Virus record (IMG/VR): IMGVR_UViG_3300042542_005394
Location: 1 to 64,000 of that record
DNA length: 64,000 bases
Strand: one strand, 5' to 3'
From: a virus
The notes under the pieces are model-generated. The model ran no database searches. It worked only from the letters and a program-made list of their open reading frames with translations, and was not told the DNA's origin. The translations under genes and the position numbers were made by a program. Below are positions 12,301 to 18,300 of this stretch, piece after piece; within the stretch, counting starts at the first letter, position 1; each line of letters opens with the position of its first letter.

Positions 12301-15276
12301 ATTGATAAACTAGGCATTCTTTATAATGATACTACAAATAAAGAGAAGATAGCAGACGCCCTAAAGAGACAAAAGGACTATAGAAGAAAAATTGATTATT
12401 ATATTCGACAATTTACTACAGACAAAGCTTTAGATATTAAACTTAAAAGATTTCCAAGAATAAGCGAAGCAGCAGAAATGCTTGTAGAGCAATCACAACA
12501 GCCAACTGTAGACCCATTTGCCCAGCCTGATTATGGCCCTGGCCCAGCGATAATGGTTAATGGTAAGAGAGTGCAATCGAAAGCCAATGGTGGAGTGGTT
12601 TATGCTCAAGAAGGATTTGACCCATCAAGACCATTAAATCCGATGATAAATCGTCACGGAAAGGGTCCAACTTCAACCCTGCCCCAACAGCCTATTACTA
12701 ATTTTGATAGTGAAAAGTTGGCCGAAGAAGGAAAAGCTTTTATGTACGGAGCTGCTAAGTCCGTACTTCCGGGGTTAGCTGGTTTGGGTGCTGGAGTTTT
12801 AGGATTACCCACTACTGGTCCTGGTGGATTTGCTATTGGCTTAGGAGCAGGGGCCGCAGTATATCAAGCTCAAGAAAATTATTTGAATGCTTTAGCTCCA
12901 CAAACTAATAAAGACATTAATAAAACCATGGAAGATAATTGGCAAGCTTCATTATTAGGATCCCTGCTTGGTGGTATAGGTGCTGATAAAATAGGTCGTA
13001 ATTTACTGTCTTCTTCTATGAAGAATACTTCAGGAATTAGAATGCTTCCATCTGGTAACGGTTCTTCAAGACCAGATATGAAAAGTGCTGGTCAAGAAGC
13101 TTTAGAAGAATTTTCTTTAAGAAGCAGACCAGCAGCTAGCGCCCCATTAGATATGCCCAAAACAGCAAAAACAGTATCTCTTTTTCATGCTAGTAATACC
13201 GGATTAGAAAACTCTATTTTACAAAGTTTTCAAAAACAAGGAGGAAAAAGTGGTATTGCAGGAGGATATGGACAAGGTAAAGGATTATATGCTTATACTA
13301 GCAGAGAAGCAGCTGAAAAACATGCAAGAAATATTCTTAAAGGAGGTACGCTTACAGGAGCGGATATTCGTGGTAAGCCAATGATTGTTAAATTCGATGA
13401 AGCCTTAGATCCTTCTAAGTTTGATTTAGATTATGAATTTAATGCTGGATATGTTACAAGATGGATACATGATAACTTTGACGATATACAAAAGATATTA
13501 GCTGATCAAAAAATACCAATGCTTAAGGGTAAAGGATTAGATCCTGTTACTGGCTCTAAAGGAATACACACACAGGTTTCTACGGTACAACCTGGAACTC
13601 TCGATGCTTTACTACAATCTCGTACTGGAGGAGTAGGTCCTAAAAAATGGATATACGACACACAAGATTCTACAAGAGATGGCGAAATTTTGTCTAGAAT
13701 TATAAAAGCATTAGAAAAAAGAAATCCAGAGATGGTCAAAAAATTTAGACAAGGATTTTTTGAAACTATGCCAGCTGGATCAGCTATTAAATATACTGGT
13801 TCAGATAATTTAATGCCTAGCAATATCGATGTATTAGCTAAGGCTAGAGGCGGCATGATTTATGCTTCTCGTGGAACCTTGGTAAACTATCAACCTCGTG
13901 GTACTGATACTGTTCCGGCAATGTTAACTCCCGGAGAGTTTGTTGTTAATGCTAAAGCTACTTCTAGAAATTTATCATTACTACAATCTATAAATAATGG
14001 AGTTAAAGGATATTCTAATGGAGGAGTGGTTGATCCTATCTATAGAGATCCAGGCGGAGTAGTCCCTTCTCTAGGCGATCTAATAAATACTAAATATAAA
14101 GACGCAAAAGACGAAGACCTAGAACCAAAAAAGGATGACTCTAAAGAAATCAAAAGAGAAAAATACAGAGTTCGTATGGATAGGAAAAAAAAGAATAGTC
14201 CATATCAACAGATGCTTGATCAGAGGAGGGAGGCTTATGAAAATCCCAATTCACGAGAAGAGAGAGTTAGAGAAAGAAACGAACAAAATAATCCGCTTTT
14301 AAAAATACAAAGACTAGTAACAGAACAATATCAACAAGATCCAATAAAATTTCAAAAAGAAGGATATAAATCAAAATCTCCACAGGAATTAGCAGCAGAA
14401 TATGAACAATTATGGAGCTCTGAGCCTCCAGAAAAATTATACGACATAGCAAAAGCCAAATATTTTGAGGACCAAAAACGATATAAGGGCTTAAAAACTG
14501 TTTATAGTAATTCGTTGAATGCTCTAGCATTAATTAGACAACGTCCAGCTTTTGGAAATACCATAATCGAAAATTCCGGAAAGAGACTAGTAGAACTATT
14601 GAATACTGTTGTTCAAGGATCATATGCGGAGGGATTAGCTTTGGATCAGGGTTGGAAAATTTTAGGACAAAAATATCCAGAATTTTTAGCAGAAAATTCA
14701 CCAACTAATCAGCGCAGAGCAGCCGGACTCTATGCTGGAGGATTAATATATGCCAATACGGGAATGTTAATTCCTTATCAGCCTCGTGGAACTGACACTG
14801 TTCCGGCGATGTTAACTCCAGGAGAATTTGTAGTCAATAAACAAGCTACTCAAAATAATCTAGATTTATTAAAACAAATCAATAGTAATAGATATAATCA
14901 GGGCGGAGCTGTAGCCTATAAACAGTCTGGCGGTCCGATAGCAGCAGCTACTAAACCGATTTATAGACAGTATGGAGGAATGACGGATGAAACTTCTACG
15001 GGTGGTGGCGGTGGTGTATCTAATAATGGTAATGTTGGTCTAAATTTGGATGGTTTGAGTAACTTTACAGCTACATTTGACAAGTTTATTCAGCAATTAA
15101 ATGGCCTAAAACTACCAGAAGTAATCAATATTCAAGGAAATCATAAGGTTGATGTGGTAATTAATGGAGCAGCGGCATTTCAGGGTATGCAGGAGGGTGT
15201 GAGGAATATGGTACTTATGGAAGTAAATAAGGCCATGGCAAGCATAAGTAAACAAACAGACGGAGCTATATCATAA
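1..15276 (+). CDS. Giant tape-measure-like polyprotein with cargo domains (5'-truncated, >5090 aa)
   Basis: Frame is open from base 1 (GINKDGSVKL...), so the TTG at 28 is not the real start. Ala/Gln-rich helical core (~2000-5450) with a hydrophobic Gly/Ala segment (~2780-3050). Contains the GPGSGTSDSI and GTDTVPAMLTPGEFV motifs typical of tape-measure C-terminal regions. Lies directly upstream of tail/fibre genes. Confidence 0.8.
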   Translation, partial: GINKDGSVKLSDPNSDGTWTAQANMIERYARGGAVQSFMAGGAAKKIAFKVGDKVRSLEEWGLDREDDPAYTVLGINKDGSVKLSDPNSDGTWTAQANMIERYARGGAVQSFMAGGVATKTRKPKEVFGTGETEFPSRISKKYAEEQHSAGERLRAKLAWDRNPKDERIIIDDEKVKESFQQPFDRNRFIASFKEKISRDSLFERMSDFAKFVGLPQEDLTTALPLQLDFGASQRGGGLGMFAAAQFEKGATGIRPYEGYDISKSGYGEKQKQEAYGLEKLIEAKQKEIKKITKTPTETFDDGSFSFDRDAFQKANIELDSLKNRFFRLKDLKREAEKAALAEQNTVSSATGRGTISFAPSMGYSSDTKNSTLYHEMTHQLFQGLRTRSEESFNKYRTKVASLFSGDNDDLADAFDSLTSGGGYSSADVVYGRSYKSNNLSQILLSYYRQVGDSSRGATPIPEDITKNLASLSNQSTTAKRAREYRPINPQVNKALLQAGDKFGMTQEKINRMEDNGKEEFLTTLIEKAPQLDQHLQGILDSTLTELLGSAGIQRQKYAAGGNVKFAGGGYSANTVPALVSNGEAFVPPETARKIGYSTLNRMNQADRNGMGRFSEGGISLFKGPGSGTSDSIGPVGLPVGGFVIRAAATKALGFNRGGAVQRFAFGGAPRALPNVNVNYNQALAVVGVMDSVTSELENLAGVLQTLGVRSSDSARIIQSGTQATYQQAIRATEADIRRARLAGATAEQIANAENQLANIRNQARQDIETRRTLGGLSGNQLQAIESNAETIRNTATERMRNRLARRGMSQEDIDTRLQENAGAISRASYERASRASGVNLRAAGLTGDDAQRFVRQSMGDPRVLRQMDQQLRQQLRNSTEYTTASRAQQRQMRQSVEEEIRTRRDIVNNLARQRGQQAPGGDQRGNFGGMLGLSFGLQGLGSLLAQQINASSSASNAATAGAIQGGVSGLATGAMLTGGIRDMLGSSLSPAMSKLLGGFGFVATAAAAVGQAFIDSHNAVITFEKTLQQNKVETALSDSQKLFEKLNNGIKNIDVQRTLTSKLAEAGDAVIAGIELNNSRAKAMWVNLLDVGTLKGNNIATTLGKNLYGFAPDNDSNAMAQRSEILEKKGILNYLRSTDSFGEGDIGRRKEYESLIPEKARENSKSFAETAKLTNDLIGAKIQSGSSVEDIFKDPAWAKQAEVIARSNTAVEQEILTIRNRADISNLEKEARIKNIISINAEEAVRQRASVVERQKQMKSLDDTTNVYTRSLERMFQNMEQSIGRASFSLEQMSKDIDLVSDSLQGQAKIGGIALTAINTLQNPRAYSDQAVSGARNVAAESFGIRSPEMVSLLGVGEKIESTVMSTINKTVNKNPGITNEALGIVVGRDVKSALADLSLPADLVDKLSGEVGNILKDFQTSGEDKLDYTKLSEKLGQLNRVVDSSKRAQEVAIKALEFYQNALNTYAQNINKTIDLQISANQRLRKATDIVTDSELSLAKTLGKNISLENARATVNSRVAARTGGVTNPNDIFDSINKLENTRTVQQAEQRSAADRGVSGQADFIKFTKNLADTNVGLRENIDALKYLAENTDIAASAMEKIQEAQQKASGRASFIEKLVTSTPEELDSLSGAFQRLQNNANGQINTINRSVGAQRAYYEALQNGASMMEAMKAAQGAFVNERKETLGALNDIIPFLGDGQQAGNVKANVLESMLQESGIGVSPLFQQILNTLRNPEMDPATQAAIAEYREGNNLQARANALLAQLDSNLARDIASQSAKALASAMSNVKLNFETTELSDIASNIQQINAKIPAGVVPAVPKASGGIIYAAAGRAIDFKSQGTDTVPAMLTPGEFVVNRAATQRNLPLLHSINSNKYSGGGPVKYYSSGGYVSQNFKSEYKKSSDDLNLSREKYIDPTSTAFSDIKSVFAGPDKFVRGVQPTNIKAPLATGSRGKASLASIQSTNSMEDLYLGEAPAILVEKNADNQDVFEYGVMNRPRAHLLNPLGYVIDKPFDTKNITKNKFAEYRDNFLQKLRDNDIDLSTMIASRPAVDNFENIRQSFISDEFYNPNVSSDNPVGMIVTRNKNLGAIGWNKQSTDHPKTLKLFKFGSAEEDATMVSDKDFGLYKLQLDLMMSETSAKDRIKLLAGDNSWVADKDNIDRIIKTQELNIEDIKKSQTFAFTDPRNAAFNNLFKAEDPNLSNLRQKLEMLHSGAEAILLTGSELNFFDPKALHPDHSEAVTLLHVLSNKYRPILQKSLNTKEQADKIHTAFPKLMVGGAGLQNLDRPIDSWATNYEFGIYDVADMSKMKTFPWVANADPSVISQDIQAAIDNQAEQLKTKYGISTKPVSDFGSYKLKLPDPIGDIDLPYHMQYTEYTGPQIATDPSKADSNGFNLAANLNKVLLMTPNNKNPFSPYSQFKKYDYSTAYVNKKLTGDEIFDKAHVQLDQIPDFATLVKGNIDRNQRDQLKENLKSVQYSIDLDSLTDHANHPILKNIPLFTDSPTEKKTHVFSIGEYLSTVADKVFADKDAAAKKAVGEIDDKGQLAGDVIKDNDLPRAVKDLAKLSLGVFGRRRVPGLPGNWLYNSIRGVLQRPFRDSGVAKQAAGYTSNVFGNFGGYLSKLAPMTRNANVYQQLKELFTLGSGAAMAFAGLASGDTRMIGQFTKLNLNAEDLFRTLGGASLFGRISSTQLSGDYQAILGQQLEGAKIKTVGANGTLSPVSPDKAMPQKYNDLVNVAFNPYNEFPSKDTRKGIIEKLTMDMINARDQMGLPYFDSNTQRFLYGNMSSLYNWYGGNGVWEGQDYFFDKNADPDNAKRTQQVIDSLRGQAGQDAYSKGNIAHNTLGFASRYGSLPTDKWFVQRREAGLNAEAEAVNNPNATQDALRFATGGVVYAQDGKHINFQPRGTDTVPAMLTPGEFVINRQATQRNLPLLKSINNGGVQGFSSGGVAYLSRGGQPNDVSSGRFELSDDQAPFSHRSINPLTGNRTPEKGDDLEKKYRINSGIYDYLTLRTTMPDWLVSLNNLSFDDNSMRFFSDASFYKTLTRIREATDLRSLQNLSYDFVKGFKYRDYNQDSRLSGFDFTTHLSKTDGILGLIDPDVGGDLQPKDLVKWRTTKAKLQAKGSAARVIRNLTPDLENIRDILSDQKPAGENNNPEFKNRNDYESPAALIRSTVSQWKKDRQQQQLRVKVRQEERAAEDGGQITMPPHLSLDFDKINEEDVVKDILTKNKTPNTKNLVDWLENNVKTVSEKVADLVPVPKASEEWDAADAERPRVILDLIKNGPEAFMIGMRGETKEGKGKRLIYGLLNQSARVQGINNLIKARSLFSGSDTPLRKDGDMARIDSSLVYSDQTRTPENFVGREDKVARPGQFKPGIMLDRLRNPVDDAAIPGSGPNREETPAERTERENRARMADRNGRSAIRGLELWDTNRDGQISFEEWSEFTPEQPKLERFFGASTVDALMGAYSLALKGLGLRDKNATDNFKPRTLKDFFNNIDKDNSGFIDPHEFSDMVGQPLKYLDLETDREAKELGDTLGTQRDPRGANKLAYARIDKAQIASVKALLKQDFKELYPVSFSKASQYSEREVIQPQIDELRKITGVSERDKINKRTVLANIASSLNKNNSDWGLAPNVKENLGNIIVKINQDSLLFPGVVNKAYTQGLAIPQDLLHNTDINYEKTLNASGVDRDIFETIWQDYKLFSKFDNPNSKASFEKTYKLENELNSQEMGEAEERSKAAAELNQKAKNKRAAKNDLTKKILREELFVKDSYFKEFPKQWGGRYKDYYDLPDPTLARHVEMYNSSIPSGESGRLSMPTADQEQDHKDRLKDISKNPNPIYASNGMLIPYQPRGTDTVPAMLTPGEFVVNRAATQRNLPLLKSINSNTYLAKGGSVGQTVINIPANTIKNNLDTINTNAIKNYNISKHIKEQNSLMIRGAEQTHRETLNIGNDVGEMRDQSTSTYIETQQMIGKAREIMERYQQLPNNLSTGGIVYAADGTLINYQPRGTDTVPAMLTPGEFVVNAQATRANLPLLQSINQSKGGSIKGFANGGVIYATDGGTIPTKPDGSADTNFDARKAKRTAYLQRQIEKEEKSEFIDKLGILYNDTTNKEKIADALKRQKDYRRKIDYYIRQFTTDKALDIKLKRFPRISEAAEMLVEQSQQPTVDPFAQPDYGPGPAIMVNGKRVQSKANGGVVYAQEGFDPSRPLNPMINRHGKGPTSTLPQQPITNFDSEKLAEEGKAFMYGAAKSVLPGLAGLGAGVLGLPTTGPGGFAIGLGAGAAVYQAQENYLNALAPQTNKDINKTMEDNWQASLLGSLLGGIGADKIGRNLLSSSMKNTSGIRMLPSGNGSSRPDMKSAGQEALEEFSLRSRPAASAPLDMPKTAKTVSLFHASNTGLENSILQSFQKQGGKSGIAGGYGQGKGLYAYTSREAAEKHARNILKGGTLTGADIRGKPMIVKFDEALDPSKFDLDYEFNAGYVTRWIHDNFDDIQKILADQKIPMLKGKGLDPVTGSKGIHTQVSTVQPGTLDALLQSRTGGVGPKKWIYDTQDSTRDGEILSRIIKALEKRNPEMVKKFRQGFFETMPAGSAIKYTGSDNLMPSNIDVLAKARGGMIYASRGTLVNYQPRGTDTVPAMLTPGEFVVNAKATSRNLSLLQSINNGVKGYSNGGVVDPIYRDPGGVVPSLGDLINTKYKDAKDEDLEPKKDDSKEIKREKYRVRMDRKKKNSPYQQMLDQRREAYENPNSREERVRERNEQNNPLLKIQRLVTEQYQQDPIKFQKEGYKSKSPQELAAEYEQLWSSEPPEKLYDIAKAKYFEDQKRYKGLKTVYSNSLNALALIRQRPAFGNTIIENSGKRLVELLNTVVQGSYAEGLALDQGWKILGQKYPEFLAENSPTNQRRAAGLYAGGLIYANTGMLIPYQPRGTDTVPAMLTPGEFVVNKQATQNNLDLLKQINSNRYNQGGAVAYKQSGGPIAAATKPIYRQYGGMTDETSTGGGGGVSNNGNVGLNLDGLSNFTATFDKFIQQLNGLKLPEVINIQGNHKVDVVINGAAAFQGMQEGVRNMVLMEVNKAMASISKQTDGAIS
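5530..14838 (+). repeat. Six dispersed copies of the coding repeat GTDTVPAMLTPGEFV(V/I)N
   Basis: Copies at 5530-5580, 8722-8772, 11563-11613, 12028-12078, 13900-13950 and 14788-14838. Each is followed by an xxATxxNLxLLxxIN-like segment. Degenerate copies lie at ~1717-1761 and ~1870-1935. Confidence 0.95.
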
Positions 15277-15306
15277 ACGAGTATTTAATAGATAAGGTTA
15301 TCAATT

Positions 15307-18300
15307 ATGTCACAAAATATTCCCGGTAATTTAAACATTGGTAGTGGAGTTAATCCTGATATAGTATTATCTCAACAGTCTGGAATTAGTACTGTTTTTA
15401 ATGCTAATAAGCAAAATATAGATTTTACGATATATTCTACAGGTAATTCTAATCTTACTTATGATGCTTCCACCGGTCGTTTAGGTGTTGGCACAGGCTT
15501 GCCTGATGCTGTTCTTCATGTAGTAGCCCCTTGTGCTAAAGACGGATTAATTGTAGAGAGCGTTACTAATTGTCCGACAGGTGTTACCTTACTCTTAGTG
15601 CACAATCCTCAAACATCTCCAGTAAGCGGAAGTTATCCGGCTATAGTTAATCTTGCTGGTCGTGATACTAATTATAATGAAATTTATTATGGTCAAATAC
15701 TATCTAAAATTTTAGACCCTAATACTGGATCTACTAGTGGTGAAATTATTTTTACTGTGGATCAAACTGGTGTTAATAAACCGGTCTTTGTTGCAAATTT
15801 GTCTAATGTAGTTTTGGGTGGTAATAATAACGCTTCTGGTTTTGCCTATGACGTTGTTGGTAATTACAATCGACTAAACGGAGTTTTATATAATAATATT
15901 GGTTCCTACAATACTGGCACCGTTAATAGTGGTATAGTTATAGGTAATAGTAATTTATTGAACGGTAATCAATTATTCTTGTTTGCTAATAACTCAGTTT
16001 TATCCGGAGTATCCGGAATCAGTATTGGTAATAGTATTCTAGCTAGTGGTTCTAATAATATCGTTCTAGGTAATACCGTTAACCTTACTGGACTGAACAA
16101 TATATTGTTAGGCAGTAATAATGACGCTAAAATATTTTCTACAGTAGGTCTTGCTCAATCACTATTCTCGTCAGGAGTTTCTGGTATAGTATTAGGTTCT
16201 AATGTGTCTAATACTGGAAATTTTAATATTTATATTGGTAATGATACTTCAGTATCTGGAAATAATAATAATCTTATAGGCTCTTTGGTATATTTAACTG
16301 GAAATAATAATCTTTCATATGGTAATCAAAATGTAGTTAATGGCAATAACCTTATTTGCATAGGGTCATATCAAACCGCGTCCAATATCAATAGTGGTAT
16401 TTTTATTGGAAATAGCATAGGTTCTAACGAAGCGGTTCGCTCTATCATTATTGGTATTGGTAATAAAACACCCAACGATCAGCAAGGTCTTTCCGATAGT
16501 ATATTGGTGGGTATTAATAATACATTAGCTAGTGGAATTCCTGACAAGCTATTATTAATTGGACAAAATAATGTTGTTAAAGATATTAATAATTCTCTTC
16601 TAGTTGGTAATCAAAATAATGCTAGTGGAAGCATAAATAATAATCTTCTTTTGGGCAACACCAACGCCGCCCCTATAGACAGCAATAATAATATCATAGT
16701 AGGATTATTGAATAATCAAACCGGCATCTATATCGACACAGCAGGAGGTATTACTGGAGTAGCCAGAAGAATCAACTCCACAGCAGCTAATAGTATTGTT
16801 GCCGGTATACATAATATACAAACTAGCGGCGTATCTACAAATATTATAGGTAATAAAAATGCTGTTTCTGGATCTAACGACAACGTCATAGGATCATTCA
16901 ACAGCCTGCGTAATGCTTCAAGATCATATAGTGTTGGGAATTCCAACTATATGGTTGGAGATAATCTTGGAGCTATGGGTAGTAAAACATTAATTGTTGG
17001 CCAAGAATCTTTAATATTTAATAACGCAGATAAGCGCATGGATGTTTTTGGTAGTGGTAATATAGCTTTAGGTTTTAATCAATTGGTTCCAAGCGGATTA
17101 GTAGTTGGAACAAACAATAGAATATATGGTCCTAATAATACTATTTATGGAAGAAATAATACTCTAGGCTCTATAGCTCATGCTTTCGTGATGAACTCAC
17201 TGTCCTCGAACAGTATAACGATACCTTCTCTTAATGTAGCTAATAAATATACAATAGCAGATACCGCATTATTAGTTGTACAAAGTCCTGCCGCTAATAA
17301 TAATACATTTATAAGAGAAATATTAGATATAGTAGAAAACCCACTAGAAAATACTACTACTATTCAATTTAGTACCAGTATTGTTGTTAATTCCTCAAAC
17401 GGATATTTTTCTATTAATGAAAATTTTGACGACAATAATCTTCCTAATAATACAACAGTTAGTGGATTAATAATGCCATATGCTGTTGGTGGCGGCGTGG
17501 GCGGACCAGAAACTAATCCTACATATGGATCTAATAATATAGTTATTGGTTCTAATAATAACTACATATATAGCAGTGGTACGGTGATTGGTTTTAATAA
17601 TACAGTATCTGGGGTTAGAAATGTTGTTGTTGGATATGGCTTAAGTGGAGTGGTTGATAATACTCTTTATGTTGGAACAAATAATAGTAATAAAATTATT
17701 TTAGATAATCAAAGAACAGTTTTTAATTCTGGTAAGATACAAGATAATTTTATAGTTAAATCAACAAACGATAATACTTCGGTGCTAAATATCGATCTTA
17801 ATAATAACAGGGTCGGGGTTAATACTAATAATCCAACAGCAGATCTATCTGTAAGCGGGTTAACTAGTACTAATACTATTAGAGTAGGCTTTTCATCTCC
17901 CGATCAGTATGTATTGACCTCCAATGTCAACGGATTTGGTACATGGCAATTGCCAGTTAGATTATCCGGTTTAGACACCGGTCTTATGTGCAAAATTAAC
18001 GATAAGGTAAGTAGTGGTATCTCTAATATCTATTTTGATCCTGCTGGTAATTCATTAAGTTTTAATTTAGATAATAATAATGGATTAGTTCTTAATCCGA
18101 CGGGCATATTTGTAAATGATGCTGGTAACACTTTTGCTATGAGAATACGAGGTAGCGGAGGTTCTGATTTTGCTCGTGTATTATTTAATACTAATTTTGG
18201 TAATAATAGAATAGACTTCTTTAATATTAGTGGTAATTCTGGAGTTTTGAATAACTTAACCATAATTAGTGGATTAAATGTACCAACTAGTTTAACTGGT

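Noticed and set aside
5530-14838. Repeated ~50-nt units as a CRISPR array or DGR template/variable repeats
   Set aside because: Spacing is 0.4-3 kb, all copies are in-frame and differ mainly at synonymous positions rather than adenines, and no reverse transcriptase or cas operon is present.
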